A DNA stretch of 64,000 bases from Parcubacteria group bacterium. GTDB lineage: Bacteria; Patescibacteriota; Minisyncoccia; UBA6257; Colwellbacteraceae. Position 1 is the first letter of the stretch; each line of letters starts with the position of its first letter. Location: positions 90,981 to 154,980 of the forward strand of contig JBAZMT010000001.1 in NCBI GenBank assembly GCA_041649615.1. Reading direction: 5' to 3'. The notes under the pieces were generated by a model. It searched no databases. It had not been told where the DNA came from and saw only the letters and a program-made list of their open reading frames with translations. Shown here in pieces: positions 1 to 10,198 of this stretch. A program made the position numbers and the translations under genes.

Positions 1-412
1 CGGGTATTTCAAATTCCGGATCAAAGACGGTTTGGGCGATGCTTGTTCTTTTACGGACTTCTTTAATCTGTCCCACAAGCGCGTTTCCCAAAAGAACTAT
101 GTCTCCTTCGCTTATTCCTTTTTCACTTCCGGCGTTCAAAGTAAGCTCCGAGCGATCAGCGTAAGGATAAACGGAAAAAACTTTCGCTTCCGTTCCCTTC
201 CGTTCACCGGTTTCCGGATTGCCTTTTTTTAAATTCAAGAGCTCTATCTCAAGGCTTTGGTTTTTTTCGCGAAGATAATCTTTTTCACCTTCGGCGGAAA
301 GACTTTCGCGGACGAAAGCGAGAAAAGTTCCCTTTCCTTCAATCAAAAACTCGCCTGAGAGAACGGCATAAGCGCCCGCTATAATGATGAGAACGAGTAG
401 CCACTTTTTCAT
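1..412 (-). CDS. mreC: Rod shape-determining protein MreC (5' part; runs off the window)
   Basis: Not in the ORF track. Manual translation from ATG 412: MKKWLLVLIIIAGAYAVLSG (TM)...YLREKNQSLEIELLNL (coiled coil)...LTLNAGSEKGISEGDIVLLGNALVGQIKEV (MreC beta-domain motif); directly downstream of mreB. Confidence 0.8.
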   Translation of the reverse strand, partial: MKKWLLVLIIIAGAYAVLSGEFLIEGKGTFLAFVRESLSAEGEKDYLREKNQSLEIELLNLKKGNPETGERKGTEAKVFSVYPYADRSELTLNAGSEKGISEGDIVLLGNALVGQIKEVRKRTSIAQTVFDPEFEIP

Positions 413-416
413 TCTT

Positions 417-1460
417 TTAAAGACTGATTTCTTTCGGCTTGGATTGACTGCTCAAAACTTTTTCAAATCGGCTAAAGTCCTCAAGGATAATGCCGAGTCC
501 CCTGATGACGCAGGTTTGCGGGTCTTCTATCAAATTCGTTTTGACCGTTGTCTCTTTTTCAATGCATTTGTCTAGTCCCCTCAAGAGGCTTCCTCCGCCG
601 CAAACGTTTATGCCTTTATCAAGAATATCTCCCACTAATTCCGGAGGAGCGTTCTCTATAAGAGCTCTCGCCGCATCCGTAACGACAAGAAGAGATTTGG
701 CGATGGCAAGCCTCACGTGAGAATTTTTAATCGCCACTTCTTTCGGGAGTCCCGAACCCAAATCTCTTCCGCGCACCATCATCTCAAGTTTCTCATCAAC
801 GGGAACGGCCGAACCGATCCTTATCTTGATCTCTTCGGCGGTCGGTTCTCCCACCGCCAGCTGGAATTCCTCTTTTAGGAATTTGACTATATCTTCGTTT
901 AATTTTTCACCGGCGATCTTCAAACTGTCCGAGATCACGGTGCCGCCGACCGAAATAATCGCGAGCTCTGTCGTTCCTCCGCCGATATCCACGATCATAT
1001 TGGCAGAAGGATCTTCAATCGGAAGTCTCGCGCCGATGGCGGCGGCAATCGGCTCTTCAACGAGATAAACCCTTGAAGCGCCCGCCGATATAAGCACGTC
1101 TTCCGCCGATTTTCTTTCAACTTCGGTTAGATTAGCGGGGATCCCCAGAACGGCGAGTCCGCATCGGTTGAAGATTCCCTCGTCCAAGTTTTTCAGATGG
1201 AACTTCATTATTTCCTCCGCCATTTCAAAATCGGAAATGACGCCTCCGGTAACGGGACGAATGATGCTTATGTGACGCGGGGTGCGCTCAAGCATCCGCT
1301 TAGCTTCAGAGCCGATTGCTATTATTTGATCGGTCTTATTATTGACGGCGATGATGGTCGGCTCATTTACCATGAGCCCCTTGCCTTTCAGATATACGAG
1401 CGTGTTTACCGTTCCAAGATCAGTTCCTATGCTTCGGCTAAAGTTTTGAAATATCCTCAT
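417..1460 (-). CDS. mreB: Rod shape-determining actin-like protein MreB (copy 1)
   Basis: DLGTxNT, EPIAAAIGA, DIGGGTTE and GGGSLL actin-fold motifs; followed by mreC. Confidence 0.95.
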   Translation of the reverse strand: MRIFQNFSRSIGTDLGTVNTLVYLKGKGLMVNEPTIIAVNNKTDQIIAIGSEAKRMLERTPRHISIIRPVTGGVISDFEMAEEIMKFHLKNLDEGIFNRCGLAVLGIPANLTEVERKSAEDVLISAGASRVYLVEEPIAAAIGARLPIEDPSANMIVDIGGGTTELAIISVGGTVISDSLKIAGEKLNEDIVKFLKEEFQLAVGEPTAEEIKIRIGSAVPVDEKLEMMVRGRDLGSGLPKEVAIKNSHVRLAIAKSLLVVTDAARALIENAPPELVGDILDKGINVCGGGSLLRGLDKCIEKETTVKTNLIEDPQTCVIRGLGIILEDFSRFEKVLSSQSKPKEISL

Positions 1461-2655
1461 AGTTAATCAGTTTTATCTTTTCTTCGTTTCTTTTTTTCGC
1501 CTCAATCTTCTCTCCGGTCTTAGAGCTTACAACTAGTCTTACGGGAATGCCAATGAGGTCGGCATCGGCGAACTTTTCGCCTAAACTTACGTCGCGATCG
1601 TCATAGAGAACTTCGTATCCGTCATGCGTAAGTTTCTCATAAAGTTCCGCGGCTCCACCGGGGACTTGTTCCAACAAGTGATATTTAAACGGCGATATCG
1701 TTTCAGGCCAGATCAATCCTCTGTCGTCGTGAGACGCTTCCGTAATCGCTCCCAGGAGCCTGCTTACACCGATGCCGTAACAACCCATTTGAACGTTTTT
1801 TTCTTCCCCGTTTTCGTTTTTGAATTTCAGTCCGAAAGGAACGGAATATTTGTCTCCCAGTTTAAAAATATTTCCCACTTCAATCGCTTTTTCGGAACGC
1901 AATTTCTTACCGCGACACACAGGACAGGCGGAATCCGTTTCTTTGAACACTTCTTCATTTACGGCAATGCCGCACTTGTCGCAGATATGAATGTCATCCT
2001 CGCCCGCCGGAGTGACCATCTGGAACTCGTGAGAAAATTTCGAAAAAGTGCCTCCGGAAGCGAGAGTATAATACGTTTTGTCCCCTATCCCGACACTATT
2101 AAAAATGCGCTTGTAGGACTCGGTCATTGCCTCGTAAAACGAGTCTAAATCGGCTTCATCCGCATGAAAAGAATAGAAATCCTTCATATAAAATTCCCTT
2201 CCCCGAAGGAGTCCCGATTTGGCCCTTTTTTCGTCCCTAAACTTGTTCTGGAACTGAAAAACGTAAACAGGCAGATCTCTATATGAAAAAATGTGCTGCT
2301 TTAAAATCGGAACCAACTCTTCCTCGTGAGTGGGACCTAAAACATAATCTATTCCCGAATAATAACTCGTGAAACGGAAAAGCACGTCAAAATTCTCAAA
2401 ACGACCGGTCGTTTCCCAATCGCTTTTCGCCTGAAGCGCGCTCATCAAAATTTCCTGTCCGCCGCAAGATTCCATTTCGCGGCGAATGATATTTTCGATT
2501 TTTTTAATCACGCGAAGACCCAAGGGCAGAAAAGCGTAAACTCCCGCCATCACCTTATAGACGAACCCCGCGCGAACTAAAAGTTTCGCGTTTAACGACT
2601 CTTCGTCTTTCGGATCTTCTCTTAAAGTCTTGACGAATAATTCACTTTGTTTCAT
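1438..2655 (-). CDS. proS: Prolyl-tRNA synthetase, short form without the INS editing domain
   Basis: LGPTHEE, FRDEKR, GLLRGREFYMKD, MGCYGIG, DADLIGIP motifs. Confidence 0.95.
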   Translation of the reverse strand: MKQSELFVKTLREDPKDEESLNAKLLVRAGFVYKVMAGVYAFLPLGLRVIKKIENIIRREMESCGGQEILMSALQAKSDWETTGRFENFDVLFRFTSYYSGIDYVLGPTHEEELVPILKQHIFSYRDLPVYVFQFQNKFRDEKRAKSGLLRGREFYMKDFYSFHADEADLDSFYEAMTESYKRIFNSVGIGDKTYYTLASGGTFSKFSHEFQMVTPAGEDDIHICDKCGIAVNEEVFKETDSACPVCRGKKLRSEKAIEVGNIFKLGDKYSVPFGLKFKNENGEEKNVQMGCYGIGVSRLLGAITEASHDDRGLIWPETISPFKYHLLEQVPGGAAELYEKLTHDGYEVLYDDRDVSLGEKFADADLIGIPVRLVVSSKTGEKIEAKKRNEEKIKLINYEDISKL

Positions 2656-2665
2656 GAGGGTTATA

Positions 2666-3655
2666 TCAGAACAGCCTGATTATATCCCTTATTGTAACAA
2701 TAAACATTAGGAGCAACAAAAGCGCGTAGCTTACGGAATTTACGACCGAAATGATTTTTTTATTGAGGGGCTTCTTTCTGATTTTTTCAACCAAAAGGAA
2801 TAAAAGACGCCCTCCGTCAAGAGCCGGCAAAGGGAAAATATTCACGATCATAAGGTTCAACGAGACTACTCCGAGGAGCTGAAGGAAGTAAGGAAGTCCC
2901 ATGTCTTTCGCGACTTGCACGGCGGAGAAAATTCCCACGGGACCGGTACTGCCGGTGAAGTCGCCGTGCCTGAACATGGAAATGAAAGCGTTCACGATTC
3001 TTAAAGAAAACGCTCCGGCGCTTTTTGCTCCGGAAACTAAACTCTTGAAAAAGTTTTCTCTGGGAAATCCGCTTTCAACAAGTTCCACTCCTATGCGTCC
3101 GCCGTTTTCGCCTTCGGTCGGAATGACTCTAACCTCCGAAATTTTTCCCTCGCGTTCCACTTTTAGCGCGAGTTCGCTTCCCGTACTTTTTCCTATGAGG
3201 TCAACGAGGGGGGTAATGGAATCAAAATCATTCAGTTTGTCCCCCGATTTGAGTCCGGCTTCCGCAGCGGGAGAATTTTCCAAAACCGCGCTTATATAAA
3301 CGCCTTTCGGCGTGCCAACCATGAAAATGACCGAAAAAGCGAACCAGGCGAGCACGAAATTCATGACCACTCCCGATGAGTAAACAACCGTTTTTTTCCA
3401 CGCGGGTACATCCATATATTTCTCCGAGGAAATTTCAATGGCGTCCACTTTGACGAATCCACCGAAAGGGATGGCGTTTAAGGAATATTCCGTTCCGCGC
3501 CATTTTTTGCCGATAAGTTTCGGAGGCAGACCGAAGCCGAATTCCTGAACTTCAAGCTTTAATAATTTTGCGGCCGTAAAATGCCCCACTTCGTGACCGA
3601 GAATCAGAATGGCGAAAAAAACAATTATGAGAAGTGCGGTTAAAATGAATTCCAT
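2666..3655 (-). CDS. rseP: RseP-like M50 intramembrane zinc metalloprotease with a PDZ domain
   Basis: HEVGH, IPFGGFV, SPAAEAGLKSGD (PDZ), NIFPLPALDGG. Confidence 0.92.
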   Translation of the reverse strand: MEFILTALLIIVFFAILILGHEVGHFTAAKLLKLEVQEFGFGLPPKLIGKKWRGTEYSLNAIPFGGFVKVDAIEISSEKYMDVPAWKKTVVYSSGVVMNFVLAWFAFSVIFMVGTPKGVYISAVLENSPAAEAGLKSGDKLNDFDSITPLVDLIGKSTGSELALKVEREGKISEVRVIPTEGENGGRIGVELVESGFPRENFFKSLVSGAKSAGAFSLRIVNAFISMFRHGDFTGSTGPVGIFSAVQVAKDMGLPYFLQLLGVVSLNLMIVNIFPLPALDGGRLLFLLVEKIRKKPLNKKIISVVNSVSYALLLLLMFIVTIRDIIRLF

Positions 3656-3659
3656 CAGT

Positions 3660-4190
3660 TTAGGCTTCCAGCTCGGCGGTTTTTTCTTCCAAAAGTTTGT
3701 CTATGCGTTCGTTAAAATCGTCAACGAGTTTCTGAAGATTTTCTTTCCCTTTGAATTTTTGGTCTTCGGGAAGAGAATTCAATTCCTTTACGGATTTGTC
3801 GCGCGCGGCGCGCATTTTAATCCTGTTGTCTTCGGCAATGGATTTGATGAGTTTTACGAGCTCGGCTTTTCTTTCGCCCGTCAGTTCGGGCAACGTGAAC
3901 CGAATAACCGCGCCGTCATTTGAAACACCGAGTCCCAATCCTTCTTCTTCCACCGCTTTTACGATATTCTGAATCACGCTTTTGTCCCAAGGAGAAACGA
4001 TTATATCTCTCGGGGGCTGGATTCCCAAAGTAGCCACGTGATTTATCTGACTCTCGCATCCCATGTAAGACACCTTAATTTGCTCAATTAAGCGAGTGGT
4101 CGGACGGTTTCCGCGAATGCGGGAAAATTCGTCCTTTACCTGGGCGATAATTTCATCCATTTTTTGCGAAACTTCTTTTAACGGGTCCAT
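3660..4190 (-). CDS. frr: Ribosome recycling factor
   Basis: IRGNR, PWDKS, PELTGERK motifs; RRF length. Confidence 0.92.
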   Translation of the reverse strand: MDPLKEVSQKMDEIIAQVKDEFSRIRGNRPTTRLIEQIKVSYMGCESQINHVATLGIQPPRDIIVSPWDKSVIQNIVKAVEEEGLGLGVSNDGAVIRFTLPELTGERKAELVKLIKSIAEDNRIKMRAARDKSVKELNSLPEDQKFKGKENLQKLVDDFNERIDKLLEEKTAELEA

Positions 4191-4942
4191 GGTATTGCTG
4201 ATAATTGCAGTCTTTTATTCGTATTAAACCTAAGCGTGGAGACCATTCTCTTAAGTATTTTCTTGAGCAAAGCCGCGTTCTTCTCCATGTTATCATTATA
4301 CAATCCGGCGAGGCGCATCTTCATAAAGGTTTCAAATTCTTCCGAAGAAGCAAATTTCTGGGGGACGTCTTTTTTTGATTTGGATTTTTTTTCGCTTGCC
4401 AGTTCAAGAGCGAATCCCGGCCGACCGAAGGATCGCTGAACAATTTGTGCCGCTTTAACGGAAGAAATTCCTTCAGAAACAAGCAAAGATACGATTTCTT
4501 CGTTTTTAACCTGCGGGAAATACAATTTCCTTAAACGGGAAGCGAGAGTCGGAAGAAGATTTTCCGAGCCGGAAGCGATGAAGATGATGAGCGCGTGAGT
4601 CGGGGGCTCCTCCACAATCTTCAAGGCGGCGTTTTGCGCTTCGGGAGTCATTTTGTCCGCCGATTCCACGATGACCGATCGAAATTCGGACATAACCGGT
4701 CTTTCGCGGAGGAATCTCCTCATCTCTCTTATTTTGTCAATGCCAATCTTCGTTTCGCCCGCGGTAATAATGAGTCTTTCTTGAGGCACCGAAGGATTGC
4801 CTTCCAACTCACGCGTAAGGATGTCCGCGAAAGAAAATTTGCCTACCTGGGGCTCTCCGAAAAAAAGAAAGCTTCCCGTGAGAAGATTTTTATTCTTCAG
4901 GCGATCAATTATTTCTTTTTCCCGTTCTCTTCCGATAAGCAT
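4178..4942 (-). CDS. holB: DNA polymerase III delta' subunit-like clamp-loader protein
   Basis: LFFGEPQVGK, IGIDKIRE, ADKMTPEAQNAALKIVEEPP, LLPTLASR. Confidence 0.85.
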   Translation of the reverse strand: MLIGREREKEIIDRLKNKNLLTGSFLFFGEPQVGKFSFADILTRELEGNPSVPQERLIITAGETKIGIDKIREMRRFLRERPVMSEFRSVIVESADKMTPEAQNAALKIVEEPPTHALIIFIASGSENLLPTLASRLRKLYFPQVKNEEIVSLLVSEGISSVKAAQIVQRSFGRPGFALELASEKKSKSKKDVPQKFASSEEFETFMKMRLAGLYNDNMEKNAALLKKILKRMVSTLRFNTNKRLQLSAIPWTR

Positions 4943-5952
4943 CAGTTATTCTTATTAAGAAGAGTTTTTTTGTAAGTATCAAGATGGTTTAAAATAGTGC
5001 CCGATCCTTTGGCCACGCAGAGAAGAGAATCTTCCGCAATGTAGGACTCTACGCCCAGGATTCTCTTAAAGAACTCATCAATGTTTCTTAAGTTCGCGCT
5101 TCCACCCGAGACGATAATTCCTTTTTCCATAATGTCCGCCACAAGCTCCGGAGGGGTTTCGTTAAACACTTTTTGAATGGAAGCGGCAACGTCAAGAAGA
5201 AGAGGGTTCAGGGCTTCGGCGATTTCATTTGAAGTTATCACGATGTCTTTCGGAAGGCCGCTTACGATATCCCGTCCGCGTATTTCAAATTCCAGTTTAT
5301 TTTTCAAAGGCAAAGCCGAGCCGGCGGCGATTTTAGCCGCTTCGGCCGTTTGCTCGCCGATCGCCAAAGAATTTTTCTTTTTAACGAATTCCATTATGGC
5401 CGTATCAAATTTGTTTCCGGCCACCCGCAGGGAAGACGAACAAACGATACTTCCCAAAGATATTACGGCGACCTCGCTCGTTCCTCCGCCGATATTTACG
5501 ATCATATTACCGGAAGAAGAATTAATGGGGATGCCCGCCCCAAGGGCGGCTAAAAGAGGTTCTCTCACAACGTAGGCGTTTTTTGCGCCCGCTTCGGTAG
5601 CAGCGTTCAAGACCGCTCTTTTTTCGGTGGGTGTTATGCCGGCGGGAACGGAAATAACCACGTCCGGCCGCCAAAAATTAAAGCCGCCGGAGGCTTTTTT
5701 AATGAAATACGTGAGCATGGCTTTCGTGATGTAATAATCAGCGATAACGCCGTCTTTAAGCGGCCGGTAGGCGGAAATATCGCCCGGAGTGCGGCCGATC
5801 ATTTCCTTGGCTTCATGGCCAACGGCCAGTACCCTGTTTTCCGGAAGACTCAACGCCACTATTGTCGGTTCATTGATGACAAACCCCTTTGCTGGGGTGT
5901 AAACAACGGTATTCGTGGTTCCTAAATCAATCCCGATTTGCCTGACGAGCAT
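4942..5952 (-). CDS. mreB: MreB/Mbl family protein (copy 2)
   Basis: GIDLGTTNT, RPLKDGVIAD, EPLLAALGAG, NIGGGTSE. Confidence 0.93.
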   Translation of the reverse strand: MLVRQIGIDLGTTNTVVYTPAKGFVINEPTIVALSLPENRVLAVGHEAKEMIGRTPGDISAYRPLKDGVIADYYITKAMLTYFIKKASGGFNFWRPDVVISVPAGITPTEKRAVLNAATEAGAKNAYVVREPLLAALGAGIPINSSSGNMIVNIGGGTSEVAVISLGSIVCSSSLRVAGNKFDTAIMEFVKKKNSLAIGEQTAEAAKIAAGSALPLKNKLEFEIRGRDIVSGLPKDIVITSNEIAEALNPLLLDVAASIQKVFNETPPELVADIMEKGIIVSGGSANLRNIDEFFKRILGVESYIAEDSLLCVAKGSGTILNHLDTYKKTLLNKNN

Positions 5953-5983
5953 GGTATGATTATATTACTCACAGCCAGCATCT

Positions 5984-7171
5984 ATGTCTAATTATGCAAG
6001 AAAGGCCGTATTTTTGGCACTTATAGCTGTTTTTATTACCGCGGGAGTTCCTCTCGTCTTCTTTTCGTGCGGATACAGATTCAGCCTGAGTACCTTAAAA
6101 ATCACCAAAAGCGGCGGACTTTACGTGAGAAGCGTTCCGCCAGACGCAAAAATTTACGTGGACAGAAAACCCGTAACAAACAGCTCCAGCATATTGAGTT
6201 CCGGCACTTTGATAAACGGTCTTACTCCGGGGAAATACGAACTTAAAGTGACGAAAGATGGGTATTACGCGTTTTTAGCCGAGGCCGAGATAATCCCCTT
6301 GCAGGCAAGCTCCTTCGGAGGGCTTGTGCTCGCTCCCACCGTTTATAATTCGTATTTAACGGGAGACATTTCCGATTTTTACATTCAGGGAAGCGAAACG
6401 ATCGTTGAAGATTCGGCCGGAAAATTACGCTACAAAAATCAAGTAATTCCGGGAGAACAATTCGGATTTTTCACGGCTGACGGAAAATCGGTTGTCACTT
6501 CGGTTTCAGGGGACGGCGAACGGATATATCTTCTGATTTCGCTTTCAAATCCGAGAGCGTCCACGAACATCAATGAAGTTTTCTGGAGTTTGAAATCCAG
6601 CAAATTGGGCTTTATAGGAGAAGTTCCCGTTCAGGCAATAGCCCCGCATCCCTACGATCCCGATAAATTGCTTGTTAGCACCGCGGCCAGATTATATGCG
6701 GTGGATATAAAAAACATGGCGATAACGATAATGGGCAATGGTGCCGAGAAAATACTGCCGGGAAATCCTTCGGTTATTCTTTTGAGCAATAATTCGCTCA
6801 TAAATTACAATTTAACTCTCAAGACCAGAACGCCCATTATGGGGGTGGAGAATGCTCGAATTATTTCCGTTTCTCCGAACGGCAGAAAAATCGCAACGTT
6901 ATGGGAAAATAAAACGCTTGAGATATACGATGCCACGGACAAGAAATCATTAAGATTCAACCTCTCGGGATTGAATGACATAAAAGACATTTTCTGGCAT
7001 AAAGGGGGAAATTATTTATTTGTTCTCGCCGACAATAACGTTTATTTCGTTTATGCGGAGAAAGAAGGAATAAATCCGCAAATAATATACGAAGGCGCCG
7101 AAAAAGCCGTTTATTCGGATGGCGGACTTTATGTTCTCTCTCAGGGAGAAATTAAGACGTCAAAATTTTAG
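5984..7171 (+). CDS. Membrane-anchored PEGA-domain protein with a C-terminal beta-propeller-like region
   Basis: N-terminal TM then GYR; GGLYVRSVPPDAKIYVD...LTPGKYELKVTKDGY (PEGA); SPNGRKIA and WHKGGNYL propeller-like repeats. Confidence 0.75.
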   Translation: MSNYARKAVFLALIAVFITAGVPLVFFSCGYRFSLSTLKITKSGGLYVRSVPPDAKIYVDRKPVTNSSSILSSGTLINGLTPGKYELKVTKDGYYAFLAEAEIIPLQASSFGGLVLAPTVYNSYLTGDISDFYIQGSETIVEDSAGKLRYKNQVIPGEQFGFFTADGKSVVTSVSGDGERIYLLISLSNPRASTNINEVFWSLKSSKLGFIGEVPVQAIAPHPYDPDKLLVSTAARLYAVDIKNMAITIMGNGAEKILPGNPSVILLSNNSLINYNLTLKTRTPIMGVENARIISVSPNGRKIATLWENKTLEIYDATDKKSLRFNLSGLNDIKDIFWHKGGNYLFVLADNNVYFVYAEKEGINPQIIYEGAEKAVYSDGGLYVLSQGEIKTSKF

Positions 7172-7913
7172 GACCCGAGATTGACGCAAACACCGTGTGT
7201 TCAAAATGAGCAGCAGGTTTGCCGTCCACGGTTTTGAAGCTTCCGTCCGGAAGTTCAAAGACTTCTGAGGTTCCCAATGAAAACATCGGTTCAAGGGCAA
7301 GAACCATTCCTTCTTCAATCAGAGCGCCCGTTCCAACTCGCCCCACATTAAAAACCAGCGGGTCTTCATGAGGGGCAAATCCGACTCCGTGTCCGGCGAG
7401 ACCGTCAATGACGGAGACGCCGTATTTTTTGGCGACCGAAGAAATGGCAAAGCCGATGTCACCGAGTCTTTTACCGGGACGCACTTCTTCAATTCCCGCA
7501 TACAGCGCTTCTTCAGTCGCACGAAGGAGACGGGTAATTTCGGGCGAAGTTTTGCCTATAACAATCGTTCGCGCCGAATCGGTGAAACGATCTTTATAGT
7601 TCACTCCCATATCAATTTTTAAAACATCTCCTTCTTTCAACTCTCTTTTATCGGGAATTCCGTGCACGACAACGCTTCCCAAAGAAGCGCAAATGGAAGC
7701 GGGATAAGCGCGTTTCGCGCCCTCCGGACGATACCCTAAAAATGACGGCGTGGCGTCATAAGAAGAAATCAGATCAAACGCCAACCGGTCTAAGAAACTC
7801 AATTTGACGCCCGGAGCGGCGGCTTTGGAGACTTCCTCTAGAACGGTTTTTAGAATGCGTCCCGAAACTTCAAGGAGAGCTAGGTCTTTTTCGGATTTAA
7901 TTATCGGCTTCAA
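7152..7913 (-). CDS. map: Methionine aminopeptidase type I
   Basis: VVHGIP, DMGV, DSART, GHGVG, HEDP, EPM, HFEHT. Confidence 0.95.
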   Translation of the reverse strand: MKPIIKSEKDLALLEVSGRILKTVLEEVSKAAAPGVKLSFLDRLAFDLISSYDATPSFLGYRPEGAKRAYPASICASLGSVVVHGIPDKRELKEGDVLKIDMGVNYKDRFTDSARTIVIGKTSPEITRLLRATEEALYAGIEEVRPGKRLGDIGFAISSVAKKYGVSVIDGLAGHGVGFAPHEDPLVFNVGRVGTGALIEEGMVLALEPMFSLGTSEVFELPDGSFKTVDGKPAAHFEHTVFASISGPKILTS

Positions 7914-8517
7914 AAAACTTTTTTACTTCTTTTTCCACGGCGCGTTCCACCGTTTTGACGGAAGGAGTTCCATCTATGCCGGCAACTTTAATTCCCCGTT
8001 TCTTTAACTCACGCACAACAGGAAGAGTTTCACGCTGGTACACGCGGCACCTTACTCTTATGACCGAAGGTTCGTCAAGGCCGGTCCGTCCGCGTTTGGA
8101 ATTTCTTTTGACGGATTCCGAAACGGGAATGCGAAGAAACACAACTAAAATATTTTTGAGTCCGTAGCGCCTTATAAGCGTATCGGCGACTCCTCCACCT
8201 TTGAGATTAAAAGCCTCTCTCATCGTCCGCGGGCTGCCGCTCATTACAAGGCCTTTTCCTTTGACATAAAACTTCTTAATTTGTTTTTTAACTTCCGCTC
8301 CTGCCCAATTTGAGTCGGCCAACTTGCCCGACATAAAGAGTTTTCTTTGCCTTCTTAGAATTGCGTTTTTTTTAAGAAGACTTGTGTCATTTACAAGTTT
8401 TTCAATGTGTTTACCCGTATCAAAATGAGTTAATCCGTATTTTTTGGCGATAATTCCCGCTTGCGTTCCTTTTCCCGCTCCGGGAGGACCATAAAAAAGA
8501 ATGACATGCTTCTGCAT
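7897..8517 (-). CDS. adk: Adenylate/NMP kinase, short-LID type
   Basis: GPPGAGKGTQ P-loop, GSPRT; lies between secY and map. Confidence 0.85.
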   Translation of the reverse strand: MQKHVILFYGPPGAGKGTQAGIIAKKYGLTHFDTGKHIEKLVNDTSLLKKNAILRRQRKLFMSGKLADSNWAGAEVKKQIKKFYVKGKGLVMSGSPRTMREAFNLKGGGVADTLIRRYGLKNILVVFLRIPVSESVKRNSKRGRTGLDEPSVIRVRCRVYQRETLPVVRELKKRGIKVAGIDGTPSVKTVERAVEKEVKKFFEADN

Positions 8518-8542
8518 AAATGAAGTATAACAGAGCCAGTTA

Positions 8543-8685
8543 TCTTCCTGTAATTCCCTTCAAGACGCGCGTCAGACACTCCAGCGAGTGCCTGCGCTCA
8601 CTCTCAACCTCGCTATTTTCATCCTTCGGATGAAAAACCATGCTAGCAGGGTTTCCGAACGGTCTTTCAGAGAATTACAGGAAGA
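8543..8685. repeat. Long imperfect inverted-repeat intergenic element (family 2, copy 1)
   Basis: 8543-8566 pairs with 8662-8685 (21/24); internal hairpin TTTTCATCC-TTC-GGATGAAAA at 8616-8636; core resembles 22587-22680. Confidence 0.7.
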
Positions 8686-8736
8686 AGATCTATCAGCCAG
8701 GACCTTTGCAGAAGCAAGGGTCAAAAGAGGGGGAAA

Positions 8737-10017
8737 TTATTCCGTAACTTCGTATTCCCTCATCTTTAACTGAGAATCAATTTGATTCCAAGAATCAAGA
8801 GCAACCGAAACGACGATCAAAAGCGCCGTTCCGCCGATTACAAAGCTATGACCCACAAACGATTGAACCGCGATAGGAAGAATGGCAATAAGTCCCAAGA
8901 ACAACGCGCCGAAAAGAGTGATTTTATTAACAATCGTAGAAATGTATTTGGAAGTCGGTTCTCCGGGTCTCGTACCTGGAATAAACCCTCCCGATTGCTG
9001 GAGATTTTTGGAGATTTCTTTCGGATCAAACACGACCGCGGTGTAGAAATAAGTGAATATGAAAACCAAAAAGAAATAGATCAGTCCGTAGGCAAGTTGA
9101 TTGCTCATGAATCGGGTAATGGCGTCATTTATGCCCGTTCCGATACCGGGAGCGAAGCTCACAATGATTTGCCCCAACATTTGAGGGAAAGAAAGCATCG
9201 CCATTGCGAAGATAATCGGAATGACCCCCGCTTGGTTGACTCTTATCGGAAGATAACTTTCAACTCCGCCGTAGACTCTATTGCCTCTTATTCTTTTCGG
9301 ATAAGAGACCAATACTTTGTGTTCTCCCTGGTTCACAAACACCACTCCCGCGATGACGACAAGCGCGATTACGGCGAAAATAAGAAGAGTGTCCCATCTC
9401 ATCAATCCTTCCGAGATCTGGGCGAAAACGTTTCCGAGCGTCATGGGAAGACCGGCGACTATTCCCGCAAAGATTATGAGAGAAACGCCGTTTCCCAATT
9501 TTTGCTCGTCAATCAGCTCGCCGACCCAGAGAAGAATCATTGACGCGGCCGTGGCAGTTAGGGCGTTTATCCAGAAAGACAAATCAAGCAAACTGAAGGC
9601 CGGAAAAACTTTTTGGGAAACGAGAAAAGTGAGCAAGGCGTACGTTTGGAGTATCGCGAGAGGTACGGTTATAAATCGGCTCAACCGGTTGAATTTGGCT
9701 CTTCCGGCGGCTCCTTCTTCGTAGTAAATCTCTTTAAGACGCGGGAAGACCATCGTCAAAAGCTGAAGGATTATAGTCGCCGTGATGTAAGGACCTACAC
9801 CCAAGAGAGCGATAGAAAGTTTGCCGATCGCTCCTCCCGAGAAAATGTTTAAAATCCCAAAAAAATTGTTAGCGGCAAGAAGTCCTTTTAAAGCCTCAAG
9901 ATTTACTCCCGGTAAAGGAATGGCCGCCAACAGTCTAAAGAAAACGAGTAGACCCAAAATCACCAAGATTTTTTTCCTGGTGTCCGGGTGTCTGAATATT
10001 TCTAAAATCTTAGCCAT
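8737..10017 (-). CDS. secY: Preprotein translocase SecY
   Basis: LGVGPYITATII, GNGVSLIIFAGI, NQAGVIPIIFA, GGFIPGTRPG. Confidence 0.97.
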   Translation of the reverse strand: MAKILEIFRHPDTRKKILVILGLLVFFRLLAAIPLPGVNLEALKGLLAANNFFGILNIFSGGAIGKLSIALLGVGPYITATIILQLLTMVFPRLKEIYYEEGAAGRAKFNRLSRFITVPLAILQTYALLTFLVSQKVFPAFSLLDLSFWINALTATAASMILLWVGELIDEQKLGNGVSLIIFAGIVAGLPMTLGNVFAQISEGLMRWDTLLIFAVIALVVIAGVVFVNQGEHKVLVSYPKRIRGNRVYGGVESYLPIRVNQAGVIPIIFAMAMLSFPQMLGQIIVSFAPGIGTGINDAITRFMSNQLAYGLIYFFLVFIFTYFYTAVVFDPKEISKNLQQSGGFIPGTRPGEPTSKYISTIVNKITLFGALFLGLIAILPIAVQSFVGHSFVIGGTALLIVVSVALDSWNQIDSQLKMREYEVTE

Positions 10018-10198
10018 GCTTTCCTCTGAGCTTCGGCGTCCTCTGCACCAAATCTCTTACGGCAGGTCGGATTTTTCTTCCCGCTCGGGATTTCTGTCCT
10101 TTTTGTCCCCTTCCGGCCGTACGACCGCGTTTTCCTCCGCGAGCGATCCGCTTCTTGTCCTTATTATAGTGCTCTGGTTGTAATTCGTGTAGCTGCAT
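10010..10198 (-). CDS. rplO: 50S ribosomal protein uL15, N-terminal part only (62 aa)
   Basis: MQLHEL...RIARGGKRGRTAGRGQKGQKSRAG...PKLRG; between rpsE and secY. Confidence 0.85.
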   Translation of the reverse strand: MQLHELQPEHYNKDKKRIARGGKRGRTAGRGQKGQKSRAGRKIRPAVRDLVQRTPKLRGKHG

